A stretch of 51,329 nucleotides of DNA from Candidatus Hadarchaeota archaeon (GTDB lineage Archaea; Hadarchaeota; Hadarchaeia; Hadarchaeales; Hadarchaeaceae): contig CAZESD010000003.1 of assembly GCA_964514945.1 (NCBI GenBank), forward strand, positions 1 to 51,329, read 5' to 3'. The notes under the pieces are model-generated. The model was not told where the DNA came from. It searched no databases and worked only from the letters and a program-made list of their open reading frames with translations. The position numbers were made by a program, and so were the translations under genes. This document shows positions 1 through 8,478 of the stretch, piece after piece (the first letter of the stretch is position 1; every line of letters starts with the position of its first letter).

Positions 1-763
1 AAGGCGCCAATACTTCGCCTACGGACGGCAAGCCGTGTTGTCCTCTTACAATGCAAACTGGGTCGTCCTTTCCAACGTACCGCCCTGCGATGAGGCTTAA
101 CCTAGAGGTGCTCGCCACAGACGCCAACAGTTTGTCCGATGAGCGGTATATCCTTTCGATCACGTAGCGCCCCGGAGTACCTAGCAGGGCAATCAAGTCG
201 TACATCTCCGCTGGACATACTAAGTCTACAGTTTTGTTTTCCATGACGTCCATTACCCTGAATGTGAAGCCACCATGTATGGACGGATCGATTACCAAGC
301 CTGCGGTGCTAAAGGGGTCCGCGAATATCTTGAATAGCGGAAGGTTCCATGCGCCAGGTTCTGTCTTGTCAGCAGCAAAAACTACTATGGGGTCACTCTT
401 TCTTTCTTCGAACTCCATTTCAGCAACACCCGGCCCCATGCCCTTCACATTGCCCGAGAAGGCTTCGCCCAGCAAATCTTGTCCAGCCGCGTAAAGCTTT
501 AGCGGCTTAGAGACGGTTTCACTTATTTCTGTAAACGTGTTCCACGCAAACTCATGTATATTCGGGTTGTTTTCTCCATTTCCATGAGTCATCAATAGCT
601 CCAGATCGTCGCCGCAGTGGAAAACATAATAGTCTGTGATCAAGCCCTCTTTACGGGCTTTTTCTAGGTGTTGTTTAGCAGCTTCGATTTGTTTAGGATG
701 GACTATATGATGGCCAGCCACAGAACCTATATCAGCTTTGATTATGCTCACAGTAGTGCGCAT
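1..763 (-). CDS. fbp: Fructose-1,6-bisphosphate aldolase/phosphatase (class V FBPase), runs off the left edge; missing from ORF track
   Basis: Hand translation from ATG at 763: MRTTVSIIKADIGSVAGHHIVHP...HCGDDLELLMTH...GNVKGMGPG...RYVGKDDPVCIVRGQHGLP, with the YVGKDDP Schiff-base motif. Confidence 0.95.
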   Translation of the reverse strand, partial: MRTTVSIIKADIGSVAGHHIVHPKQIEAAKQHLEKARKEGLITDYYVFHCGDDLELLMTHGNGENNPNIHEFAWNTFTEISETVSKPLKLYAAGQDLLGEAFSGNVKGMGPGVAEMEFEERKSDPIVVFAADKTEPGAWNLPLFKIFADPFSTAGLVIDPSIHGGFTFRVMDVMENKTVDLVCPAEMYDLIALLGTPGRYVIERIYRSSDKLLASVASTSRLSLIAGRYVGKDDPVCIVRGQHGLPSVGEVLAP

Positions 764-807
764 TCGTTCACCGTTCGTGTATCTCCTTTGTTTTTAAAAG
801 TTCCCCT

Positions 808-1377
808 TTAAAAAGCTTGCGTATAAGAGATAACTAACGCTCCAACCAGGCCCGCGGCTACCGAGGCGGCAAGGATGAGCAACAAGGTCGGCACGGGCCC
901 CGCGCTAACCTCTGGCTTTAGGGGCCTTCCACGGAGACGATACCACATGCGTATTGCCCGTCGAGTACCCAGATGCGCGGCCCACAGGCAGAGCGGCAGG
1001 TTCACGGTCAAGATGAGTACGATGAACAGAACCACCCAGAAATCGTTGGCCGGGATATGTAGGAAGGACCAACCTCCCACCATTTGCTCAAGTTGGGTGA
1101 TGAGCACGCTGTCATAAACCCCTCGCGAGAAAATGAAGACAGCAGCCCCCACGCCGAAGAAGAGCTGGGCGAGCACGAAGGTCGCGAGGACGGTGAATGC
1201 GAAGTAAACGAGCGGCTGCCACCAAGCACCTAGTTCGAGTGGCGAGGGCACGCGTACGGCTTGGCTGAGGTCAACGAAGAATTCCCCACCACCGCCCCAT
1301 CGTCCATAAGCGACGCCGAAAATCCAGCTTCCAACAACTAACAACCAAAATGCGGCGTGCCAGTATTCACCGCGCAT
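808..1377 (-). CDS. Hypothetical multi-pass membrane protein (possibly SpoIIM-like)
   Basis: 189 aa, several hydrophobic segments; NLPLCLWAAHLG weakly resembles SpoIIM-family ELPA motif. Confidence 0.6.
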   Translation of the reverse strand: MRGEYWHAAFWLLVVGSWIFGVAYGRWGGGGEFFVDLSQAVRVPSPLELGAWWQPLVYFAFTVLATFVLAQLFFGVGAAVFIFSRGVYDSVLITQLEQMVGGWSFLHIPANDFWVVLFIVLILTVNLPLCLWAAHLGTRRAIRMWYRLRGRPLKPEVSAGPVPTLLLILAASVAAGLVGALVISYTQAF

Positions 1378-1398
1378 CGCTTCACCGATGGTGTCAGA

Positions 1399-1638
1399 CT
1401 ACCTGTATTTTCGCTCGTAGTCACGTCGCGCAGTTCTTATAGCTCGGTTGAGGTAGTTGTGGTTTATCTTGGTTGGCTGGGAAGAGGTTGGCCTCGGTAG
1501 GGGTGTCGGTGCTTTCAAAGTGCCAGGGGAACGCTCCAAAATGCTCAATCTGCGCTCCAAAACTGATAATCTTTGAATTAATGAATTTAATTTGTTTTCA
1601 ATAGATGAAATACGCTCATCTCTTGAGATTTGTTCCAT
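1399..1638 (-). CDS. Small coiled-coil protein
   Basis: Heptad pattern ISSIENKLNSLIQRLSVLERRLSILE, Pro-rich linker, basic tail; GGAGGTGA RBS upstream. Confidence 0.65.
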   Translation of the reverse strand: MEQISRDERISSIENKLNSLIQRLSVLERRLSILERSPGTLKAPTPLPRPTSSQPTKINHNYLNRAIRTARRDYERKYR

Positions 1639-1716
1639 CTTCTCACCTCTCCTTTGAGTTTTTGAGATTTCGGGTATTTAAAGGTTGGTTTTGTTTTAAA
1701 AAGCTCGAAAATTCCT

Positions 1717-2325
1717 TCAATCTTTTCTCCCGGTGAGTGCGCGTTCTTCGATTTCGCCACAGGGTTTTCTCTCTTTAAACACTTGGGCTGAGAACTTGCT
1801 TATGCGCACCCCCTCACGGAGCCAGTAGTCGGGCATTAATCCCGCTTTCATGCAGGTATGTGAGAGGAACTCCTCAGTATCCCACCCCCATTCGACGGGC
1901 ACCTGAGGCAAGAGCAGGCCTGCGTAACCAGACCACTCGATGATTAGGCCGTCCCTGCCAATCGCGATGTGTTTCGGATATTCGCGTGGGCTCTTGACCT
2001 TGATGACTTCGGGCTTCGATAGCACACTCACCTCGATCTCTGCTTCGGGGAGCTCCTCAGGGGTTATCGACGGGAAGCGAGGATCGCGGGTCGCGGAACT
2101 AATTGCGGAATCTATCACGGCATCGATAAGAGGCATTTGGGGGAGCGGGTGGCCTATGCACCCTCGAAGTTTACCTCCTTTGTTCAGGGTAACGAAAACG
2201 CCTCGACGTTCGCGTAATTTCGCAGGCACTTTCGGGGCCTGTGGTTTTCTGCCCTCGCACAGGTAGGTTTCGATTGTGCGCCGAGCGAGCTTTACCAGCA
2301 GCTTTCCTTCCTCGAGCGTGAGCAT
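1717..2325 (-). CDS. AMMECR1-domain protein (TIGR00296-like)
   Basis: GVFVTL...LRGCIG, DPRFP, GRDGLII, GLLLPQVPVEWGW, FLSHTCMKAGL motifs. Confidence 0.93.
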   Translation of the reverse strand: MLTLEEGKLLVKLARRTIETYLCEGRKPQAPKVPAKLRERRGVFVTLNKGGKLRGCIGHPLPQMPLIDAVIDSAISSATRDPRFPSITPEELPEAEIEVSVLSKPEVIKVKSPREYPKHIAIGRDGLIIEWSGYAGLLLPQVPVEWGWDTEEFLSHTCMKAGLMPDYWLREGVRISKFSAQVFKERKPCGEIEERALTGRKD

Positions 2326-2330
2326 AGAAT

Positions 2331-2819
2331 TTACCCCACTATTCGATTGTATCGCGATGCCATTTCAAGTATTGTCTTCCAATGTGTGCCATGCCAGTAT
2401 GTCTTGCCACACTTCCCGCATCGCCAGAACTCCCGTTGCGCTTTTAGCACAGTTGCGGGAACCAGGTTCTTGACTTCGTCCTTGCTCGCAAGCTTGAGCG
2501 AACCATTACACATCGGACATCTGGAGTTCTCAGGCTTGATCTCGATCTTCTGCCTACAGCGTTTAGAGACTTCGACGAGCTGTCTAACGACATCATTGCT
2601 CTCGACATAGGCACTCCGGATGCCTGCCCGCTTGGCGCGACGGTGCAGGATCAAGTCGCACGTCAGCAGCACCCTTCGCTGAAGTTTGGCTCGCTCAAGC
2701 AAGACATCGTCCTGCTCGTTCGCGGGCACCCTAAGATCACCTATGTAAGTAACGTCGTGGCCAGCTAGCCTGAGCCAGCGCGCCAGCTTGCCGAGCATGC
2801 TGTCCGCGACGAATTTCAT
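2331..2819 (-). CDS. Mut7-C RNase (DUF82) family protein with Zn ribbon
   Basis: Start revised to ATG 2819: MKFVADSMLGKLARWLRLAGHD; CPMCN...CGKCGKTYWHGTHW. Confidence 0.9.
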   Translation of the reverse strand: MKFVADSMLGKLARWLRLAGHDVTYIGDLRVPANEQDDVLLERAKLQRRVLLTCDLILHRRAKRAGIRSAYVESNDVVRQLVEVSKRCRQKIEIKPENSRCPMCNGSLKLASKDEVKNLVPATVLKAQREFWRCGKCGKTYWHGTHWKTILEMASRYNRIVG

Positions 2820-2922
2820 TAGACCGTGATATCCTTTGCCGAGCTCCAAAAAGTAGTTGTCGATTTGCGTGTAGCATCTCAACCTTAAAAAGTGGGAGAG
2901 GACATTAAGGGGTGGTGGCAAA

Positions 2923-3288
2923 ATGCGCCAGCGCATCGAAGTAACTTGTCCCATCTGCGGCAAACCCTTCATTGTGGAGCTCGATATAAGCACCTACGTC
3001 ACCGCCGAAGCGGCGGCGCCCCCGGCGAAGAAGCGCAGGGCAGCGCTAGTGTTGCGGAGCCAAGAGGTCAAGGTCGACTTCATACTTCGCGCGATGCGAG
3101 CACTGGCTAGCAAGGATCCTAGCGGAATGATTGAGGTTGAGGAGATTGTTGACATAGCCGGGAAGGTTGGGCTCGCGCGCGAGGAAGTCGACGGGATTTT
3201 GACAGGGGAGAAGGAGGCTGGCCACATCTACGAGCCGAAGCCAGGGGTGGTCTGCTTTACCATCCCGCCCGAACGAGCAAAAGATTAA
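2923..3288 (+). CDS. CxxC-motif protein with C-terminal winged helix resembling the archaeal MCM C-terminal domain
   Basis: N-terminal CPICG; C-terminal IEVEEIVDIAGKVGLAREEVDGILTGEKEAGHIYEPKPG. Confidence 0.7.
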   Translation: MRQRIEVTCPICGKPFIVELDISTYVTAEAAAPPAKKRRAALVLRSQEVKVDFILRAMRALASKDPSGMIEVEEIVDIAGKVGLAREEVDGILTGEKEAGHIYEPKPGVVCFTIPPERAKD

Positions 3289-3425
3289 TCCTCTTCCTCA
3301 AAAATCTGTTTCTCTTCGAGGCCTTTCTTTAGCATACGCTTGAGCCGCTTTCGTTCGAGTTCTTGGTCTTTTTTGCTTCCCTTCCTTTCCTTTCCGCGGC
3401 GCTTAAAGCGTCGCAATCGAAGCAC
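3285..3425 (-). CDS. Small Lys/Arg-rich protein (46 aa), not in ORF track
   Basis: GTG 3425: VLRLRRFKRRGKERKGSKKDQELERKRLKRMLKKGLEEKQIFEEED*; TATA-like TTATAAA about 25-30 nt upstream; alternative in-frame ATG at 3443. Confidence 0.5.
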   Translation of the reverse strand: MLRLRRFKRRGKERKGSKKDQELERKRLKRMLKKGLEEKQIFEEED

Positions 3426-3518
3426 CGTTTTAGAGTTTTGCATGCTAATTTATAATAGTCTGTGGTGAAAATTTTCCATCTAATAAATAACTAACAACCA
3501 AAGGAGGAGGGGAGACAA

Positions 3519-4721
3519 ATGGTTGAAAGATATGATGTAGTTGTGGCTGGAGGTGGTCCAGCCGGATTAGCTGCGGCAAGAGTGGCAGCAGCCGAGGGGG
3601 GGAAAGTGTTACTGCTCGAGCTGCAGGCTCAGATAGGTGGACAGACCCAAGCCGCTACTTGGGTGCCTGCAGATGTGATAACTCACCCCCTTAAAGAATC
3701 GATCGTCGCAAACATGAAGGAAGTAAGGCTTCACTCGCGCCACAAGGAGCTTTCTATAAGCGGGGACTTCGGTGCCATCGTTGACCGGCGCCTGTTTGAC
3801 AAGTTCTTAGCCGCGGAGGCTGTAGCGAGCGGCGCCGAGCTCTGGGTGGGCTCCCCAGTCAAGGAACTCTTAGTGAGCGGGGATGACGTGCGTGGAGTCC
3901 ATGTCGAAGCCGGAGATTGGGCCGAGCGAATCGAGAGCGAACTAATAATAGACGCTACGGGCGCTAGGGGCGAGTGGTCGAGCTTGCTGCTCAGGAAGGT
4001 GCTGAAGCGAGATTGGAAGCGTGAGCTGCTCGCGCTGAGCAATGAGTATCTGATGGTGAACGTGACAAACGATGAAAGCGCGGACTTGTTTTTTACCTCA
4101 TACTTCGCCCCGCTCGGGCACGCTTGGGTTTATCCCTTCGGTAAGCGCTTCGCGATGGCAGGAGTCCAAGGAGTGCGTATCCACCCGGATGCCGCTCTAG
4201 ACGAATTCATAGGTAGGCGTGGCGTGCCCAGACTCGAGCGAGCGGTGCCGGTGGCGGCATTCCGCGGTCAGCTTCCTCTTGAGGGACCGTTGAACCAGAC
4301 ATGCGCAAACGGGATAATCGCAGCTGGAGGCGCGGCTGGCCAAATCTATGCGTTATCGGGACAAGGGCTTCGTTACGCACTGCGCTGCGGGGAAATCGCT
4401 GGCAAGGTAGCAATCGACGCGATTACCGAGGGCGATGTTTCGATGGGAGGGCTGGCCGATTACGAACGGCAATGGCGAGCCGAGTTTGATGCCGAGCTGA
4501 GGGCTGGGCAACTCCTACATTCCTCACTGAGTGTTTCACAGGATCAGCGGATGGATGCGCTGCTGGGCGCGCTAGAGGACAAGCCCAAGCTCCAACAGGC
4601 CTTCATCGATGTGTTCACAGGGTTCAGGCTTAAGGGCCCGCTTGAAGCGCTGCTGAAGGATGAGGAGATTTCCCGAATCTTTGGACGAGAAACGGTTGAG
4701 AAAACGCTTGCCCTGAAGTAG
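3519..4721 (+). CDS. Geranylgeranyl reductase-family FAD oxidoreductase (divergent)
   Basis: YDVVVAGGGPAG Rossmann motif, IVDRRLFDKFLA, IDATGA, HAWVYP, SGQGLRYAL; strong GGAGG RBS. Confidence 0.85.
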   Translation: MVERYDVVVAGGGPAGLAAARVAAAEGGKVLLLELQAQIGGQTQAATWVPADVITHPLKESIVANMKEVRLHSRHKELSISGDFGAIVDRRLFDKFLAAEAVASGAELWVGSPVKELLVSGDDVRGVHVEAGDWAERIESELIIDATGARGEWSSLLLRKVLKRDWKRELLALSNEYLMVNVTNDESADLFFTSYFAPLGHAWVYPFGKRFAMAGVQGVRIHPDAALDEFIGRRGVPRLERAVPVAAFRGQLPLEGPLNQTCANGIIAAGGAAGQIYALSGQGLRYALRCGEIAGKVAIDAITEGDVSMGGLADYERQWRAEFDAELRAGQLLHSSLSVSQDQRMDALLGALEDKPKLQQAFIDVFTGFRLKGPLEALLKDEEISRIFGRETVEKTLALK

Positions 4722-4741
4722 TGCGATCTGAGGTTTTTTAG

Positions 4742-5638
4742 ATGCGCTGCCCTTCATGCAGCAGTTCAGCGGTACTACACGACACGCTTAGAGGGGAGCA
4801 CATCTGCACGCGCTGTGGCCTCGTGCTCATGGAGCGCTCGCTCGAACTCAAGCCGGAGTGGCGCAGGAGGCCGGGGGAGGAATTGGAGCGCGCAGACGTG
4901 ACCGCGGGCATCGACGTGACGCAGCATGATTTTGGGTTGGGGAGCAAGTTCAGTGTTTCGAAGGATTTACCCCCAAGCTGGCGCGCCAGCCTGAGGCGGA
5001 TGCAGCTCTGGCAGCAACGTTCGCGTGCAAACACATGGGAGCAGCGAAGTTTACGTGAGGCGTTAATAGAGTTGGACAAGTTATGCGAGGACCTATCGCT
5101 GCCCAAGGGGATCAAAGCCGAGATAAGCGTCCTTTATCGGAGGGCTAGGGCAGCGAGGTTGACTGGAGGCAGAGGAACTCACCAAGTTCTCGCTGCGCTT
5201 ACATTTATTACATGCAGGCTGAGAGGGTTACCGCGCACAGAGGGTGAAATTTCTCGCACACTTACGGCTCGTTTGGGCATAGGAAACTATGAGGCTTCAC
5301 GTAATCTTCGTCGGCTCACAAAATTTTTCACTCAAAAGTTGAAGCTTAAGTTGCCTCGCATTTCAACCGACGATTACATCAACCGTTTCGCCGTTCAGCT
5401 AGGATTTTCTACACAGATGATCAAGCACGCTCACGAGCTTTATCGCTCTTTGCCCAAAAAATTCAAACAGACGAGGCACCCACTTTCACTCTCAGCGGCC
5501 GTACTTTACCTTGCAGCAGAGGCAAGTGGTGAAAAAGTTCCTCTCAAAAAAATTGGTGATGTAACGGGGTTTGCAATTTCTTCCATTTCTAAAAATGCGG
5601 CGCGAGTCCGAGAACTCACAACTCTCCACGAGGAATGA
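4742..5638 (+). CDS. tfb: Transcription initiation factor B paralog (divergent)
   Basis: CPSC...CTRCG Zn ribbon, PEWR, HDFGLGS B-reader-like segment, two cyclin repeats (GLPRT; SAAVLYLA). Confidence 0.85.
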   Translation: MRCPSCSSSAVLHDTLRGEHICTRCGLVLMERSLELKPEWRRRPGEELERADVTAGIDVTQHDFGLGSKFSVSKDLPPSWRASLRRMQLWQQRSRANTWEQRSLREALIELDKLCEDLSLPKGIKAEISVLYRRARAARLTGGRGTHQVLAALTFITCRLRGLPRTEGEISRTLTARLGIGNYEASRNLRRLTKFFTQKLKLKLPRISTDDYINRFAVQLGFSTQMIKHAHELYRSLPKKFKQTRHPLSLSAAVLYLAAEASGEKVPLKKIGDVTGFAISSISKNAARVRELTTLHEE

Positions 5639-6161
5639 TTATAGTTCCTTCGCTGGTTTCGCCGACTTCTTCAGTTTTTCCTTTAAGATGGAGTGCACCG
5701 GTCAGCGCAGCTAGAGCCGCGTCGATTTCATGTTCGCTTGCGTTTTCTTTCAATCTCATCCCCTTTCTCTTGAGCTTGACCATCCATTGACTACGGTCAG
5801 GGGTTTTAAAGAGGATCATGCCTGAAGTTCGGGGGTGTATCTCTATGACTCGAAGATCTTTCGCTCGAAGCATGTCTGCGAGGCGTATCCCTCGCTCCGT
5901 GAGCGACCGCATGCCGGCGAAAGTAGGAGGAAAGACCCGGAAGCCGCGCTGGGTGAGCAGCGTGTCGGCTCGCCTCAAGTTTCCCTGCTGAGGCAGACTA
6001 AGTGGGGCATCGATCGCAACCAGCTTGACACCCGAGCGCGTACATTGCTCCAAGATTTCTTCGTCAGAGTAAATCAAGCTAGTCTGAAACTTGTTGTTTG
6101 AAAGTCGTGCAAAACCGCTAGGGTTCTTCGGAACGCCGGCGAGGTCGAGTCCGATAATCAT
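5616..6161 (-). CDS. DUF429 family protein (predicted RNase H-like nuclease)
   Basis: Start revised to ATG 6161, coupled TGATG with dys: MIIGLDLAG, VAIDAPLS, IEIHP, DAALAAL. Confidence 0.85.
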   Translation of the reverse strand: MIIGLDLAGVPKNPSGFARLSNNKFQTSLIYSDEEILEQCTRSGVKLVAIDAPLSLPQQGNLRRADTLLTQRGFRVFPPTFAGMRSLTERGIRLADMLRAKDLRVIEIHPRTSGMILFKTPDRSQWMVKLKRKGMRLKENASEHEIDAALAALTGALHLKGKTEEVGETSEGTIIIPRGEL

Positions 6162-7090
6162 CACTTGAGTCTCCTGAGTACCGAAGCGACTAGCAGGGGG
6201 AGGATAACTGTCACGTCGCCGATCACAGTAACTAGTTTTGCATCTGGCGTAACTTTGCCCCATGATTTTGCCTCGTCGAGGGTTGCTCCACTTAACCCTC
6301 CGGGCTCAGGGCGATCCATCGTGACCTGAATTGCGTATTTGAAAGATTTAGGCGCGAGTAACATGCTCTGGAAGATGAAGTTCTTTGGGACACCCCCGCC
6401 TAGCAACACCGCCCCAGGTTCCTTAGCGTTGCTTGCCAACTCGACCATCTCCTGCACATCGCGTAGGCAATCGATGTTCAGCTCGTGTTCCTGTGAGTAA
6501 AGCCACGCCTGAAGCCCGAGGATTGAATCCGCTATCGCCGGGCAGAAGACAGGCACATTTTTGGTTGCAGCGGCTTTTACGAAAGAATTTTTATCCTCAA
6601 GGTGTGATCCGATTCTGCGGAGGAGTTCAGCCGATGAAATTCGCGCTCCCTTCTTCGTGACTTCAGCGAAAATTGGTTGAATCTTGTCCTCGAAGAGTTC
6701 GAAAATCTGCTGCGGGACATAGACATCGAAGATGCGGCTTATGCCTCGCTTGCGCAACCCGGCATCATCCACTAGGGCCTCGCCCCGCGCATGGTAGCCA
6801 CCGAATGCCTCGATGAGATCATGGGTCACGTTCGCGCCAGTGGTGACGATGACGTTGACAAGTTCTTCACTTATTGCTTGGGTCAGAACTCGGCGAAGAC
6901 CTCCGGGGACCATCGCGCCTCCAACACCCATGAAAATTGTCGACCCAGCCTTGAGCATCTCGTGATAAATTTCAACAGCCTTTGCGACCCTCCCTGCACT
7001 GAAGACGCCCGATTTGCCCATCTCCTCCACGAGTTCGTCGACCCGCATCTCAGGCTTGAGCTCGATATGTTTGACGCGTTTTTCCATCAA
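6161..7090 (-). CDS. dys: Deoxyhypusine synthase
   Basis: TTGANVTHD, CPAIADS, GGGVPKNF, GGLSGATLDEAKSWGK with catalytic Lys. Confidence 0.95.
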   Translation of the reverse strand: MMEKRVKHIELKPEMRVDELVEEMGKSGVFSAGRVAKAVEIYHEMLKAGSTIFMGVGGAMVPGGLRRVLTQAISEELVNVIVTTGANVTHDLIEAFGGYHARGEALVDDAGLRKRGISRIFDVYVPQQIFELFEDKIQPIFAEVTKKGARISSAELLRRIGSHLEDKNSFVKAAATKNVPVFCPAIADSILGLQAWLYSQEHELNIDCLRDVQEMVELASNAKEPGAVLLGGGVPKNFIFQSMLLAPKSFKYAIQVTMDRPEPGGLSGATLDEAKSWGKVTPDAKLVTVIGDVTVILPLLVASVLRRLK

Positions 7091-8379
7091 TATTCTCTCC
7101 TTGGATATGCAACCCGCACGAGGGGCCGAGCTAGATGCCTACGAGCACGTGGTGGAACTTCGAAAGCACCCACTCCGATCTCCCTCTGTACCTCCAAGAT
7201 TTTTGCCGCGCTGGCTGGCACCCTAACCTTGCACCGTTTACACGAATATCCCTTACTCTTCCCTTCAGACTTCATCCGCTTGCCGCAGCGTGGGCACATC
7301 GGATTAACTTTTCGTAGCACAGGCACAAGCTTTAGGATCGAAAGTTTTTCCAAGTTTATGGTAAGGGGTAGCTCGGGCTTCTCTTTAACCCCACCATAGG
7401 CAACAATTTTGTCCCCGACCACAAGCTTCTTTGAAACGTCGCGAAACTGGCGGGTGGGCTCGTAGGCAGCGCAGTCGATTTCTCCGGTTTTATCCCGCAT
7501 GCTGAAAATAACATGGCCCCCCGGGATGATTTTTGGTGCGCTTGACACCTCACCTTTGACAATTACCGACCAATAGGGTTTGACCTCTGAGATTTTCGCC
7601 CGCCTGAGGTGTTCGTCCGTGCCTTGGTTCGTCTCATAAATGATGAAGTGCTCGATGGGTTCCAAAGCTTTCACGAGTTTATGAGATTTTAGCGTAGTTT
7701 TAGCGTCCTCTCCACGAATACCGTAGAGAATTGGACAAGGGGTGTGGGGTGTTATGCGGATCTCTCCGGTGAAAGGATCCAAATTGTCGAAAGTTTTTGG
7801 GAAAGTTTGGTCATTCATCATAACAACTGAGGTGGCATCGACTTTTCTCGGGGTTCCTCGATTTTCCGGCGTGCGATATGTAATAAGTTCAAACGTCCAG
7901 TCGCGCTCGAGGGGATTGCCGATAGCAGCTAGCGCGCCGATGATGCCACGTCCAAGCTTGAACTTGTGCACTTCCGCGCCAATTTCCATCGCCAAGGCTT
8001 CAGCTTCGTCAATCGTTGCGATATCTTGCACAACCTTCTTTGAGAATTTCCTTAGCTTTGTGGGAACCCTTTCACTTTCATAAAACACGACGCCAGGGTT
8101 TGTGGTTTCGATGTGGAGTTCGGCCAGCTCTTCAACGGTGCGGAGAATTATTTCTTTGACGACTGGGATTTGATGCTTTTGTACCTTAACTGTAAAAGCG
8201 ATAGCGCAATTTCCTCTCGTTTTTAATTTCCAATTGGGGTTGAGTCTGATTAATTTGGGGTATCCCTCGAGTTTGATACCTTGGGCTTTTAGGCGGCCGA
8301 TAGCCACAGCTCCAACGTAGGTGGTACACATGCCCTGCTTCGAGTCCGTGTCGTCGATGCCGATGTGGAGCAGCACCAA
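7087..8379 (-). CDS. tiaS: tRNA(Ile2) agmatinylcytidine synthetase
   Basis: HIGIDDTDS..GMCTT, RLNPN..KTRGN, GRGIIGALAA, TPHTPCP, TNQGTD, GGHV, CPRCG...CKRC. Confidence 0.95.
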   Translation of the reverse strand: MVLLHIGIDDTDSKQGMCTTYVGAVAIGRLKAQGIKLEGYPKLIRLNPNWKLKTRGNCAIAFTVKVQKHQIPVVKEIILRTVEELAELHIETTNPGVVFYESERVPTKLRKFSKKVVQDIATIDEAEALAMEIGAEVHKFKLGRGIIGALAAIGNPLERDWTFELITYRTPENRGTPRKVDATSVVMMNDQTFPKTFDNLDPFTGEIRITPHTPCPILYGIRGEDAKTTLKSHKLVKALEPIEHFIIYETNQGTDEHLRRAKISEVKPYWSVIVKGEVSSAPKIIPGGHVIFSMRDKTGEIDCAAYEPTRQFRDVSKKLVVGDKIVAYGGVKEKPELPLTINLEKLSILKLVPVLRKVNPMCPRCGKRMKSEGKSKGYSCKRCKVRVPASAAKILEVQREIGVGAFEVPPRARRHLARPLVRVAYPRREY

Positions 8380-8478
8380 GTTTATCGACCATTCAACTAT
8401 TCCGTTTAATTAACATAAGGGGTGTCGCTTCTGGCGGCAGTTTTATAGGTTTTAAACTAAACTTGAAAACGTGGAAAC

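Noticed and set aside
234-494. 86-aa plus-strand ORF
   Set aside because: Antisense shadow of the FBPA/P gene
2820-2993. N-terminal extension of the Mut7-C ORF
   Set aside because: Overlaps the divergent gene and promoter; family similarity begins at MKFVAD
6791-7399. 202-aa plus-strand ORF
   Set aside because: Antisense to dys/tiaS, no motifs
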